Below, piece by piece: positions 37,355-51,122 of a DNA stretch of 64,000 bases. This DNA is from Moniliella sp. 'wahieum'. Its lineage: Eukaryota. The notes under the pieces were generated by a model that saw only the letters and a list, made by a program, of their open reading frames with translations, did not search any database and was not told the origin of the DNA. Position 1 is the first letter of the stretch, and each line of letters starts with the position of its first letter. The stretch is from positions 434,001 through 498,000 of the forward strand of contig RSEE01000024.1 of assembly GCA_003971905.1 (NCBI GenBank), written 5' to 3'. Position numbers and translations under genes: made by a program.

Positions 37355-37917
37355 TGATCACGCCTGCCGCCCTCGCGGTCAGGTAAGCTGTACACCCGTT
37401 TGGGATAAAACTGTGGACACTTTTATACCTCTCACTCGCCACTGTGTTTCTGGGGGCGCACCTATTGCTCTGCCTCCAGCTCAACTGGCACACCGGATCA
37501 ACACTTGCCTACGTGTCCGCCCCCATGCTCGTAATCCTCGAAGATGGGTTTTCGCTGCAGCGTTAATCTGCCTGCATTTATGTTTAGTGTTTACATGTTA
37601 TGATGATCTCAAAGAGAGCCTAGGTCGCCACTGAGTAGTGGGTACTGAGTGTCCTGACAGGGGAATGGTTGTGACGGCGTAGCTGTGCGGGCACATGTGT
37701 CACCTGTGCTGGCAGGCTATCTGTCACGTGAGCGGTATCACCCATGTGATGGGTCTTTTCCAGAGTCCCAGGGGAGAATTGAAATCGAAGAAAGCAGCGG
37801 GGATAGACGATGGGTTGCTCCAGGTGCAGCCGAATTGAACGTTCAATGTTCAACTTTCTCGAGCGTTGCATGCGCCAATGAGCCACGGCCACCACCACCT
37901 CTCCTCCATTCGCGACG

Positions 37918-39024
37918 ATGGACTCAGCTAGACAGAGGGTCACCACATGGCTCAGCGAACATTCCCACGTACGCATCCCTCCTTCCTTTGCATCTTTTCA
38001 CTGACCCACTGGTAAAGGCCCGCACTATATATGATTGGGGTGTGATCGCAGCCTTCCTCGCGGTCAGCGGCTTGATGGAGCTTTTGCCTGGATACCACCA
38101 ACCGTTTCTGCTCTCGGACCCCAATATCTCCTACCCCCGAGCCCAAGTGGAGCGCACTTCGGTCCCTATACTGCTTGTCATAATGGTTGCTTTGCCCCTG
38201 GGGATTCTCTTCTTTTCCCCCCTCTGCTCACCCCGAAGGAGGAGTACGACATGCTCCCCTCAGAGTCGGATGTGGGCACATCGCTTCCTCCCCCTGCTAC
38301 TGCGTCCACTTCAGTCGCATCGGCTGCAGTGCTACTGAGCTCTACGGGAATCCGGGCCTTTTGCATGGCTCACAGCACCACTCAAGTCATCACCACGCTC
38401 ATCAAGAATACAGTGGGTCGTCCGAGGCCTGACTTTCTCGACCGATGCCAACCCACGTTACCCTCAGTGCTGGTGCCGGGGCAAGCCTCTCCCGATGGGT
38501 TAAGGAATGGCTTGGTGACCGAAACTGTGTGCACCTCTTCTCTATCGAGCCACATGATGGTTGATGGTTTCCGCTCCTTCCCCAGCGGCCACGCCAGCAC
38601 CTCCTGGACCGGAATGTTGTTTCTTGCCCTCTTCCTTGACGCCCTCTTGGCACAGGGGGGCCGACGTACGTCCGCCTCCACCCGGGCAGCACGTATCGTC
38701 TCGGCAACCGTCTGCCTGCTTGTGGCTCTTTACATATCCATCGGAAGGATTGCAGATCATCGGCACCATCCCTCTGACGTGATGGCCGGCACGTTGCTCG
38801 GGATCGTCAGTGCGCTTTTGGTGTACGCGCTCTATGCGCCGCCTCTTCCCTTGGCCCCCCTCTTTTCCTTTATCGCAGCGCCTCTACAGGGTGGGGGCGA
38901 TGCTTCCGAGCCTAACCCTGTCCCGCGTACCTCCCTCCAACGTTCGTCGGGCGAGGCACCGTCCCAACCCTGGCATGCACCCAGCCAGCATTCCCTCTCG
39001 GTCTTGCCCGCTCATGCCACCTAG
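37918..39024 (+). CDS. PAP2-family lipid phosphate phosphatase (Dpp1/Lpp1-like)
   Basis: KNTVGRPRP, SFPSGH and GRIADHRHHPSDV match the three PAP2 motifs; transmembrane segments; short 5' intron; one indel near 38220. Confidence 0.9.
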
Positions 39025-40049
39025 GAAAACCTGCATGGTGTCCGCGCGTGTCATGCTGTTGTATTCCTGCGTCGAGGGCCCTCAGTTACTAGTTATCCCC
39101 CTCCTTAGCATGCAATACCACGCTGAGCCTTGGGTCTACAAACGGGACCGCGTAACCGGAACCCCGGCCCAACCAATTGCGCAACACAAAAAAACGGACC
39201 TTTTCAGTCTCCACCTCCTTCGGTACTTGTAACCGCTTCTAGTTGGAAGGCAAACTCAGATCTTCCCCGTTCTCTTGCAATCGTGCCCCTCCTTTCTCTC
39301 GAGGGGGGATGGGGGATAATTTGGAGGCGAGATGGTGTGGGAGAGTATCCAGCCGCTGGCAGCACGCCTTCCGGGTGGAGAGGACAGGCAAGTGCCGAGA
39401 CTCTGTCTTTGGGCAGACACCTCAATGGGTTTGGTGGGGCGTTGCAGGGCCAGTGTCTTGTTGAGGTCCAGCTCGGTTATGAATGAAGCTTCAAGTTGAG
39501 GCTTCAAGCCCTTAACTTAACGCTTGAAGTTGACGCGCTGACGCGTCAGCTGACGCTTGATGTAGGGCCAGACCAGTCAGGGCGTGACGTGTGACAGCTG
39601 GGAGGCGCACCAAGGCTGCCGTTGGTTTGAGTCATCTGCATCCGCATCAGCATCAGCATCACTCCCCACGCAACGACACGACAATCACGCCGCCGCACCA
39701 GAAACTATCTCCGCCGTACCTATCCGTAGCCCACTCGGTACTACTCAGACGCAGTACACTCAAGTCGTACGTTTGGCGCAGAGCCCTTCTCGAAGCTGTA
39801 CTAACTGGCACCTGTCAAGAAGGAATATTTACGGGGAAACTGTGACGCTTAATCGATAACCAGTAATCACGCGTCATGCGTGACTTCGCACGGACCACAG
39901 TCCCCCCCCCGAAGCTCAGGCGGGGCTGGGACTAGCTAGCTGCTGCCGAGCGCGCCAATCCAATCCGGTTGCAATGGCAATATTGGTGACCAAATCCACA
40001 GCAAAGGAGAACCCCGCCCGTGCCATTCTTCCACCTCCATCCCCCGTCC

Positions 40050-41993
40050 ATGCCGCCAAGAACGAGCCGTGGGCTCTTCTCCCCCGATCCCGCGCGAGTG
40101 TGTACGATTGCCGGGTCGGACAGCGGTGGCGGCGCAGGCGTCCAGGCCGACCTCAAGACTATCCAGGCAGTCGGGGGTTACGGGCTGTCGGTGGTGACGG
40201 CCCTGACGGCACAGAACACCAAAGGGGTCCAGGGCATCTCCCTCACCCCACCCGCCTTTGTCGCAGACCAGTTCCATTCTGTGACGGAGGACATCCAGAT
40301 TGATGCATTCAAGATCGGCATGCTGGGGTCGAGGGAAACAGTGGGTGTGGTCGCTGCCGCCCTTCGTGGGCAGCCCAAGCCCGGTCCTCCTGTGGTACTT
40401 GACCCCGTCATGGTTTCCACTTCGGGCTCGCTGCTACTCAAACCAGATGCCATCGGGCTGCTCCTGACCGACTTGCTACCGCAATGTGCACTGCTTACCC
40501 CCAATTTGCCTGAAGCAAGTGCTATCCTACATTACTACGGGGTGGCGCCCCCCCCTGGGCTGCCTCATCTTGCCCTTCCGGGATTCGCAGTGCCCCCGGC
40601 GGAGAAGGAAGGGAAGACGGAAGCCCAGTTCCAATTGGTGGCCATGCAACAGGCCGCAAAACTCCTTACCTGCCACTCTGGCGCGCAGGCGGTGCTGCTC
40701 AAGGGGGGGCACAGCTCTTTTGTTCAGAGTCAAGTCGATGGTCTGATAGACCACTTGGGTATCCAACTCGTCACTCCTCCCGTGAGAGCACTTGCTTCCA
40801 CATCCTCAGATGCCCCCACCTCCATCTGGAGCGATTCTGAAGGGCTGGACGCGTGTGTACACCAGCCCTGCTGGTACGAGCGGGGATGAAGTATCTTTGA
40901 TCCGGACCGATCGCCGACCTTGGTCTACGGCGTTGTTTCCTCCCCAAGCACAGCAGGGCATGGGCCCTGACGCATCTGATCCTCAGCAGGCCGAAGATGA
41001 GGTGGTGGCAGATGTATTGTGCGAGGTACTGTCATCCAACGAGAAGCGCTACCGTACACGATATTTATCAAGAACCATGTCCCGACCACCGCGACCCACG
41101 GGACGGGATGCACGCTCAGCTCGGCGATCGCAACATACCTTGCGTCTGGCTGGAGTATGCGGAACGCGGTGCTGCATGGAATCGACTTTGTGCAAGGAGC
41201 GTTGCTCCATGGTCTGGAGCAAGTGGGAGCGGGACAACATCCGCTCAACCACGCCCATATGTTGGTGCCGCGCGGGGTACAACGGCGAACTACCATGATA
41301 GGAGGTGGGCAGCCATTGACGGGCCACCTGGTGAGCAGCGGGATGGGAGAGTGGGACCGCTTTGTACGCCATCCATTTGTTCAACAGCTGGGCAAGGGCA
41401 CTCTCCCACTCCGGGCATTCAAACACTTTCTCACCCAAGACTACCTCTTTTTGCGACACTATGCCAACATCTGGTCTCTTGCCGCCAGCAAGGCGGACGA
41501 CTTTGCCACCATTAAGCTTCTCGCCACCCGTAGCCTGAGCATGACCCACGAAGCCGACTTGCATGTCAAGTTCTGCAGCTCATGGGGCATCTCCCGCCTT
41601 GACCTTGAGAGCGGCACCGAGTCCGGCGCCACCTTGGCTTACACCCGATTTGTTCTCGATGTGGGGCGACGGTATGCGGTGCCGGAGACGCTGGTGGCCA
41701 CACTGCCATGCATCTTGGGGTACGCTGAGGTGGGCCGAACCCTTGCCGTGGACCATCCGAAAGCCAAGGAGGATGGTAATCCCTATGCCGAGTGGATCGA
41801 GACGTATGCCGACGCCCAGTTCCAGAAGGAGGCTCAAGAGACGGTGGAGATGCTGGAGGGCTTGGCTGACAAGGAAGCCATTAGCCCTACTCGGCTGCGC
41901 TCCCTGAAGGACATTTTCCATGCTGCGGTCAAGTTGGAACAAGGCATGTGGGACGAGGCGGTGGCTGTGGGGCGTGGAGACGAGGTACTCTAA
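40050..41993 (+). CDS. THI20: HMP/HMP-P kinase fused to a TenA (thiaminase II) domain, THI20/21-like
   Basis: TIAGSDSGGGAGVQADLKT, TALTAQNT, VLDPVMVSTSG, LLKGGH and THGTGCTLSSAIA; C-terminal HPFVQQL..QDYLFL..PCILGY..Y.EWIETY..E..MW. Indels in the inserted region. Confidence 0.92.
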
Positions 41994-42157
41994 GCGGGCG
42001 GATATCCTGGAAATCGAGCTACATAGGCGATGTAATCAACAACCATCTGAGTTCTGAGTCCTTGATTTGGGTAGCGGTGCATGTGCATTGCAGTGGCTTG
42101 TTTAGCCAGTGTTGAGTGGCGATTAGGGAGTAAAGACCCCGGAGAGCAGGCAAGCAG

Positions 42158-45130
42158 CTACTGGTAGGCAAACGTGTCGTACCCCCCGTACATCATCCGC
42201 GGCTGCGAAGCCAACAGAGCCGGGTTGTTGGCCACCCGCATCACATCGGCGATAGATACCTCCTGTGCTGAGCTGGCCATGGCGCGCAAGGTGGCGCGGA
42301 CCATCATCGTGGCCAGCTGGGCCTTGGCCACCTGCCAAGCACCCGAAGGGTCCGACAACAAACCAACCAGAGCCGATTGGGTTGCGCCAATGGGGCTTCC
42401 AGACAGACGTGGGCGCTCCCCTGCATCCGGAGCGCGCAGACGGGCAAAGAAGCCCTTCTCCTCTGGGAACTTCTTGACGCTCAGATCGCCATCCAGGTTC
42501 AACTGTCCATCCACCACAGTGCGCGGCGCATTGGGCCGGATAGAGTCCATGGCTTGTTGCTCCGTCAGGCCTTCTGCCATCTTGTCGGCCACTTGGCGCT
42601 GAAGACCCATCTGCCAAGCAATGGCTGCCGCATCGTAAATTCCCCCCACAGCATCAACCAATCCGCGGCCATATTCTTGGCTCGGCAGGGCAGCCTTGCG
42701 GACATCTGCCAACACGCCGCTCTCACCTTCCTTGCGCACGACTACTGTCATGGGGTTACCCGACTCTCGCCCGGGGTGAGTCACTGCCTCGTAGGTTGGC
42801 AGTAGGTCACCCAGCTTGATCTTCTTGGCCCCTGGCGCGATCGGGGTGCCATCCTCAGGGTTTGTCCCAAGAACCAGAATGCCAGACTTGGCATCCCAAA
42901 GGGCCTCGACGTCCTTGTTGGCCACAATGTAGGCTTGAAGGCCCGTCCACACTCTTCCCCCCGCAATGGTGTCGACAGCCTCTTTGCTCATCCCCCGTCC
43001 AGCGGCAACCTTACCAATAAAGTCGTCGTACATCTCATCCATATTCTTCTCCATCCGTTGCTCAAACTCTGGCGTCAAGTCGGACGTGACAGAGAGGTTG
43101 GTGGAGCCGGTGAAGAAATTCTGGAGGTACACTCCGATCTTGTCAAAGAAGGAGCGGGAAACCTGCGGGGACATGGAGGCGACACCAATGCTCCCCGTAA
43201 GAGTGCCTTGACCGGCAGTAATCAAGTCAGCGGCGGTGGAGATGTAGTACCCTCCCGAGGCGGCTGTATTGCCAAACGAGGCAACGACAGGCTTTTTGGC
43301 GCTGACCCGACGCACGGCATCCCAAATGTCCTCCGAGGAGATCACGTCACCACCCGGCGAGTCGACACGCATGACCACAGCATTGACCTCGTCATCGTCC
43401 GCAGCTTCGTTGAGGCCACGGATGATCATCGTGGCCGCGCTAGGAGAGATTGACTGATTGGCCATGACGAGACCGACCTGGAACTGCTCGTCGTCTGACA
43501 GACGTTTCTTCAGGGCGCGGTCGTTGGACAATGCGTACGTAGGGACCGACATGAAGGCCGGTGCACCGCGTTCCCGTTCATGCCACTTGACAGGCGATTG
43601 GTCACTGTCGGAAGGACGGGGAGGCAACTCGCCCTTCTTGTCCAAGCCAAAGAGCGAAGAAAGCACGTCCGATTTGAGTTTCAAGTCGGTCACCAGACCT
43701 GCATCCAGTGCCTCTTGCCCAAAGAAAGGTCCGTCCTTTGCCAACTCCATCACGTGGTCCGTGCTTCCGTCGTGTCCCATCTCGGGCCAACGTGCATTGC
43801 CAATAACGGAGCAGAGGGTACGGGAAAGGGCGCCCATGACCATGGCCTGGTTGTCGGCTTGGGCTGCAGTGAGCGCATCCGGTTGGTTGAAAGTGGCCAC
43901 CATCGACTTGTAGTCCTTGCGCGCCCGCGTGTGCATTTTAATCCCAAACCACGACAAGAGTTTCTGAGCAAAAGGTACTTGTCCTGCCAAGCCCGTGAGG
44001 GGAACATTGCCACTGCGTTGCATGTAGACCTCGTCAAAGGATGCCGCCAAGGCATAGTCAGTCTGGGAGTTGAACGTGTCCGACCAGGCAACAGTCACGC
44101 GCGCCTCGGAGCCCAATTGTTGCTTCTTGGCCAGCTTGAACCGAACGATTGCGGCCGAAAGTTCTTCCATCTGAGCGATCCCAAGACCCGGACCACCCAT
44201 TCCGCCAGGATTGTGGATATTGCTAAAGTCCGCAAACAGCCCCACCACACGGGGATCGGCCGCGGCATAGTTCAGCGCCCGAATAGCATCAAACAGCTCA
44301 ATCGGCTGAGGCATCTCCCCTGCCACCGGACCCAGAAGGTCACCTAGGTTAAAATCGGGCTTAACCTCGACAACCGAACCACCATGCAAGTTCCAGAATA
44401 GCCAAGTGTCCGGGTGGACCGTCTGTTTTTGCCGGCGTTTGTAGTTGAGGACCGCAAAGAAGGAGAGAGGAATCAACAATCCGCCAAAGCGTGCCAGAAA
44501 CCAAAATCCCGACTTGGCCCCAGCTCCAAGCATCGCCAATGGCGTCTTGGTCTGCTTGGAGTTGGAGGATTCCTTGTTCTCTTTACTGTCACCGGAATTG
44601 GGAGGCGGAGGAGGCGGAGGCGTGCCAGAGGCCGGGATTGGGCTGGCGGACGCAGCTGTTTCAGAGACAGTGCCCGTGCTCGTGGGTCGAGACTCGGTGA
44701 TCGACTCGGGCACGCCGTACTTGGCTTCGTCGGCTCGGACCTCGTCGTTGGCCTTGTCAGCAGCGCGAAGGTGAGCCTCGGCCTTGGCGGCCTCCCATGC
44801 GGCGTGGAACGAGGCGATGGGTTGGCCGTCAGGTCCGACAGGCTTGCCGTCGGGCGTAAACTCGCCGTAGTGGGGGATATGGTGGGAGCAGAGTCATGGT
44901 TATCCTTAGGCTGCTGCTGCTGCTGCTGCTTCTCTGTCCGGCTCCTCCCCGTTCGGCTTGTCCTCGGGGCCCTGGGTCAAATGCTTGCGCACGGTGGGGA
45001 AGGTGGAGAAGCGAGCGCGGGGGAGGGCGTGCGCGGACGCGTGGGCGTGGACGGCCGGCAGGGCTGAGCGCCTCCCGCGGGCGAGGAGGGCCGCGCGGGG
45101 CGCCAGACGGGCGGCGTGGACGCTGCGCAT
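42158..45130 (-). CDS. SppA-like (protease IV, peptidase S49) signal peptide peptidase, probably mitochondrial
   Basis: Arg/Ala-rich presequence from ATG 45130; TM segment; AVVMRVDSPGG, PVVASFG..AASGGYY, TLTGSIGV and AGGRVWTG.QA motifs; indels in the 5' part. Confidence 0.9.
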
Positions 45131-45355
45131 TCCAGAGCCGAGCAACTGAAGCCGGTCCCAAAGGCTCGATGGTTGCCTATGCGCTGCCGCGCCCACGGCT
45201 GTCCCAAAGGGGCCCGTGCTCCACGAAGAACGCGATGGGCGGAACGACCTGCTTGATATTCCGCTCCTGATTAGGCCTGGCGCGCCCACGTCGCTGCACC
45301 TCATCAATCATCAGCGATCAACAGCCCCAATTTTGCCCCCCTCCCTCCACTCGCA

Positions 45356-46254
45356 ATGTCGCGCCGCAGCACTCCCGCACCCTTCGCAGCAGTGCTGATG
45401 GACGAACTCAATCTGACGACAGTGGGAAAACCATTCAAAGTGGGTAAGGGCTTGTCGCGCCGATCGAAGACCAAGAAGCAGGTGGTGCAGCAGGAGCGGG
45501 ACGCAGCGCTGGGCGTCATCGTGGACAAGAAGGGGAGGAAGTCGGCTCCCAAGCCGGGATCAGGCACAAACAGTCGTGCCTCCTCGGTGTTCGAGCGCCC
45601 GGGAAAGCCCCGTCTTGCAGGTGCGGCTGCGGTCCGCGCAAGTCAGAAAGCAGCGCGGGAAGCCCGTTTGGCCCAGAAGCAGGCCGAGGCCGAGGCGGAG
45701 GACAACGAGGCCGATGTGTCCATGGCCGACGCTGATGCTACCCCTGTAGGAGAAGGAGAGCGTGAATCCACACCCGCTTCGATCTCGGTTGCCGAAGACG
45801 AAACAGGAACCCCCGCTCCCGAAGCTGAACCGGAACGGCCTAAGGACTTGGCACAGTGTACGCTTTTCTCTTCCCCAGTGTTGTATTGCGCAAATCGCTG
45901 ACTCATCAACCTCTTTTAAATCGCCCTGCCCCTTCCTAAAGATTGGAACATCGATGCGCCCCCCAGTTTGCGAGCAGCAAAGAAGTATTGTGATGTGACT
46001 GGCCTCAAGGTGTGTGCATATCCGATTCTTTTTTCTTCATTCTGACTAGTCATTTTTTGTGCAGGCACCGTACACCGACCCACGAACACGATTGCGCTAC
46101 CACAACGCCGAGGTATTCGAGCTAATTCGCACCTTCGTACGTCCGGCACCCCTGCCCCGCACGACAGCATGTATACACAGTACTAACCCTGATACAGGGA
46201 CCTGGGCTGGACCAGTCTTATCTCGAGATTCGTGGAGCCCGCGTAACGATTTAA
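45356..46254 (+). CDS. IES6: INO80 complex subunit Ies6 (YL1_C domain)
   Basis: Spliced C-terminus WNIDAPPSLRAAKKYCDVTGLK|APYTDPRTRLRYHNAEVFELIRTF|GPGLDQSYLEIRGARVTI*; three introns. Confidence 0.9.
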
Positions 46255-46948
46255 CCACATATTTGTCTCCCACATCCGACCCTATCGTGTGCTTTAGAAT
46301 CATTGCCTTGGAATGGCACTCCCAATATAGATGGACGCTCGTCGTAGGGCAGTGGCCGGGTTCTCTCTCCGTCGCAAACGCGCTCTCACCGCTCGCCACA
46401 GCTCGAGCTTCCATGAGAGCATCGACACATCAGTGCTCTGAGTCTTGCCTAGCTTGTACTGACCGGAGGGACACACAGATAACTACGGATGTACTCAAGG
46501 TCCACTCAGATGCCCTATTGTGTGTTGACTTCAACGCACCTTCAGCGCCCTCCGGCCTCAGGACGCAGAACACTTACAGCTCACTCTCCCGCACTTATCA
46601 AATGAACATTTCTGCGCCACCAACCTCCTGCAAAAGCACACGGCCAGGCAAGCAAGGAGGAGAGCAGACTGGCGCTGTCCCACCGCCTCGCCGCCTATGT
46701 GGGCAGGTGGCGGACAGCCCCACCTGATGAAGCTAATGAAGCTTGAAGCCCAAGAGCAGGACCTGACGGCCGGCCACCACCATTCCAGACTCGTAGTTCC
46801 CACATCCGCGCTGGACAAGCACTCACGCTCGCTGTTTTGTCCTCCACACGCACCCCCTCCACTCCTCCCGCCCCAGAGCCCAGTAGTGACTCCCCCTCAA
46901 AGGAACCCTCCCCTCTGATCCCCCTATCGCACTGTCCCCCTGCCCGGC

Positions 46949-47923
46949 ATGTCATCGGACGTTGTCAGGGACGATGGAGACGGGTCAGTGACGGTAGAAG
47001 AAGCTGTGCCGATTGCGTTGCGTGCGCTCATCCTATCCACCGATGCATCCATTATCATCGGCAAGGGGGGGAAACACATCGCCGAGCTGCGATCTGAGTC
47101 CGGGGCACGCCTGATGATCACGCCCTCGGTGCCCACCACCCAAGAACGCATCCTCACCGTTTCTGGTTCGCTTGACGCTGTCAGCCGCGCTTTTGGCTTT
47201 CTCGTTCGCCGCATCTATGATGAACCATTCAACCAGCCTTCGTTGCCAGGCTCGCAGGCCTATGATGTGCGTCTTATTGTTCCCAACTATAAGATGGGCT
47301 CAGTGATCGGCCGCAGTGGGGCCAAGATCAAGGAGATTCAAGAAGCCAGTGGAGCCCGCCTCCAGGCGACGGAAACCGTTCTCCTGGGAAGCTCAGAGCG
47401 CATTCTTTCTATCTGTGGAGTGGCCGATGCCGTACATATTGCCATCTATTATGTCGGAGTTGTTCTGGCCGAGCCACACAAAGGGGCTGCCACCAACATA
47501 CCCTACCGCCCGGGGGGCACAAGCACATTCCCGCCCACATTTTCCTCGCCTTACCAAGCTTCCCCTAATACCTTCCAAGGCGGTTCAGCCTCCTACGGAG
47601 GAGTATCCAATTATGCATCCCGCATCACGAATTTCCACCCCGGAACCCCATCAACACAACAACTCTATATCCCTGACGACCTTGTCGGTTCGGTCATTGG
47701 CAAAGGAGGGACAAAGATCAATGAAATCCGTCAAGCGTCTGGCACTTCCATCAAGATTGGCGATCCATCAGGATCTGTGGAACGCTTGGTTACCGTCACC
47801 GGGTATCCTGCAGGCATCCAGATTGCTGTCAATCTACTTCATCACCGAGTCGAAGAAAACGAAAAAGGATGCAACCATCCGGATCATTTGCCTGATCTCT
47901 TTTGTTCTTTCTCTCTTCCCTGA
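46949..47923 (+). CDS. Triple KH-domain RNA-binding protein (Pbp2/Hek2/Rnc1, PCBP-like)
   Basis: Three GxxG loops: IIGKGG, VIGRSG, VIGKGG. N- and C-terminal limits uncertain. Confidence 0.9.
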   Translation: MSSDVVRDDGDGSVTVEEAVPIALRALILSTDASIIIGKGGKHIAELRSESGARLMITPSVPTTQERILTVSGSLDAVSRAFGFLVRRIYDEPFNQPSLPGSQAYDVRLIVPNYKMGSVIGRSGAKIKEIQEASGARLQATETVLLGSSERILSICGVADAVHIAIYYVGVVLAEPHKGAATNIPYRPGGTSTFPPTFSSPYQASPNTFQGGSASYGGVSNYASRITNFHPGTPSTQQLYIPDDLVGSVIGKGGTKINEIRQASGTSIKIGDPSGSVERLVTVTGYPAGIQIAVNLLHHRVEENEKGCNHPDHLPDLFCSFSLP

Positions 47924-50900
47924 CCATGACCATTCCACGATGTTCTCCTCGGGCCCAATCTAGCAATAGAAACTTGTTGACAAGAGCCGCGGCTTTCTTC
48001 ATCTCTTCCCTTTTCTAAACCCACCACGCACATGATGGTTAAATTTTTTCCTTCCTTCCGACCTGTGATTCATTTTCCATACAAATAACTATACCCCCCT
48101 TTCCCATCTTTCTCAGACCGCATGCGGGGTTTGAGCCATTTTTGATGAGCGATTGAGTTACACAATCTACTGGTTCCAGCGTCCGGGCAAAAGTTATTCA
48201 TCTGATAAGGCTTCAAAATGAGCGCGAGCTGCAGATGGATATATAGGGATGAATGTTTGGGAGGGAAGATAATCACGGGCCCAGCTAGCGATATTGTGGC
48301 GATGGGGAATGGAAACGGTATCCCAGTAGAGGTAAGATCTCGGAAGAGCTAGACCAATGGGCCGTGATATAGAGTCCGGGCCCGGAAGCCAGTGACGTAC
48401 TGCCCCGATGCAGGATGTGTCATTGAAGGCCGACGCGGGGTCTGGACCACTGGTGGTCAAATACAGAAGACATACGTCCCAGTTGATTTTGCACCCCTAC
48501 TATTCTTCAGCACTCAATCATACATTGAGTTAGTGTGATTCACAATGGAAGTACTAGGTGAATGTGTGGTGGTGTAGAGTGCCTGAAATGCTATGCGATA
48601 TTGTTGTGGAGAGAAGGTCATGAGCAGAGGACTCGGTATGTCTACCGCTACCGATAAAAGCACCACCGCACACCCCCACTCAAACATCATGCCTGTAAAG
48701 AGGACAAAGTCTACAGAGAGAAGGAGAAAGAGAGGAAAGGTGATCGATCTATTTCAACAGAGGAACCCGTTTAGGAGAGAGTCGAGTAGAACAGCGCGAT
48801 GTGTGATGTGTGTTGATCAGCTGCATGTATGTGGTGGCGCTGACAACGCCGGCCACAAAGAAGGAAAATCATCGCCAATACGCCCCGCCATTCTCTCTGC
48901 TTGGGCCCGTTCCTACGCAAAAGGATGCGGCGCCACCGGCGTCACCGCCGTCATCGCCCTGATCTAGGAACCGTCATCTGCTCCGATCCCCCTCCTTTGC
49001 CACCGGGGTGCCCATGCAATGAAGCAAAGAGCACGCAGATGGTCCAGATGCTACGTCCCTACAGCGTTTCGCATGACAACCAAAACACGGCGGATTATCT
49101 GATTGTCAAACATAACGAGATCTAGACCACCGCTTCACCGTACTGATCAACGGTGGGGCGCTGGAACAGGGTACCCTACGGGTCTCCAAAACACGAAGAA
49201 GCCGGAACGAGCCCTCGAAGCGGTCGGGAAGACGAAGGACGGAAACATATACTCCTGTTACCCGTGCCTTGGTGCGAATTGACCAACAGAGGCGTGTAGC
49301 AATAAATGCGCACAATCAAGCAGCCTGCCTTGGGTCAAGCTTCAAGCTTCAAGCGTGCCCCTATGATACACGTCTTCTCCACGCGCTTTTGGCACGGCGA
49401 ATCCAGGAGATAACCTTGTGTCCCCCATCCATTGCCAAAGATGGGATGGGATCCTCCACCGGCACAAAAGATCCCCCCCCTGTTGAGATTCACCAGGTTT
49501 TCATCGATCACCGCCGACGCGCATATTAGCACGCAGGGCCCCGCACATCACATCCAGTGATGGGCACAGGCATCTCGCGCTCTGTGGGCAGGTAGGTACT
49601 TGTGTGGAGGTGGGAGAAGGCGGCGATGGAAGAGAGGCATTTTCAAAAGCCTCAAAAGCTCTCCAAAAACATCAAACTTCAAGCTTCATTAGTAGTAGTT
49701 GAGACCAATACAACTCCCGACGTGAAATGCCTCCAAAATATCATTTTCAAGCAGGGTTAGCCCGAGTTGCTCTGACGATCTGATACGGAAAGTGCTAGCT
49801 CAGGCGCTCAGTACGCTCTCAGCGCTCAGTCTGAGCACTTAGGCTAAGTTCTTAGGCCGCCTTATAGGTTTACTTTTAATAAAGCGGCGGTTGGGCATAT
49901 ATATGACTATCGATCATCGATCATCTCGTTCATCGATCATCACATACAGTCATTCGGCCTTGGATATTGGGCAGCCAGTGGCCCTGCACAGCCGTCGATT
50001 CGTGATCCTTTGGGCGGCCTATCGCGACGGGATGACTAGACTGTGGGGCCTGAGACGCGGGGACCATGCCTTGGGCACAATCGACACGGACGGTATCCAA
50101 ATTCGAAGAACATCCTCGTTGAAGTGGTCTCCTGATTGGAACCATGTGAAAAGGTATATTTCTACTAGGAGGCCAACGGGCCTACGGTCCGGTCAGCTGG
50201 GGCTTCGGCCCAGCCTGTTGTGTTGGTATTTATATCATCGATCACAGCTACGATTGACAATATCATGAACGATGGATGATCTCCTGCGAGGGTACGGTCG
50301 ATGATGCATGATGGATGACGTGGATGACGCGATGCTCGCGACATCGGTTGTTGCAAAAACGCCAAGGAGACGCAAGCGAAACAACTCCCGCGATTGGCAT
50401 GATGGCCTCAGGCCTCAGGGCCTCAGGCCGCCTCACGTACCCATGGGTGCTGGAATTGAGTGTGTTGACTGTTATGGTTTGCGGCGTTGCTCTGACACAA
50501 GGCAACGCAAGGCCTAAGGGCGTAACGCGTAACGCATACCTTGGGCATAGCTCCTGGTGCCACCGGAGTGGTTGACATCTGTCTCTCGGCGACCACAGTA
50601 AAACAACCCACACAGTAGTTCCTAATGTGCATAGTATTGCTGGCGTCACATTCACAGCGTCACAGGTCACAGGTCACAGGTCACCGACAGGAGCTTCACC
50701 GGTCTGTCACTTGTCACTTGCATGTCACTTGTCACCGTCACTAGTCACTAGAGTCACTAGCCACCAGTACATGGCGTGCCAAAACCCAAACATCATTGAC
50801 ATCGATGGGGGATGCACAGACGCGTTCAATGAGGCTTTTGAAGCTTGAAGTGATGTTGGATCCACGGCGAAGTGGCTATGGGGACTGATAGCATGGCCCC

Positions 50901-51122
50901 TGTAGAACATCATCGCATCGGCTGTTGCATCAGCATGACATGCCATTACTCCCGGCGTTAAAACCCCCCTGTGATGCGTGTTCTCGGGATATATATAGTT
51001 TTGTTTCTTGTTTGCCATACTACCAACTCCACCTGACATCGCATGGCCCTCGGGTTTTTGCATCTCCCTTGTTGTACCCGGCGACGCTCCAATTGTTTCG
51101 TTTCCACGCTCCTTTCCACGCC

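Noticed and set aside
39500..40050. TPP riboswitch upstream of the THI20-like gene
   Set aside because: I could not find the conserved aptamer elements (GCTGAGA...CCTGA...GATAATGC..GCG.AGG) or a host intron. An Infernal RF00059 search would be decisive.
48194..49532. Harbinger transposase relic (CIGAV fragment)
   Set aside because: The expected DG(T/S)H continuation and other DDE motifs are missing.
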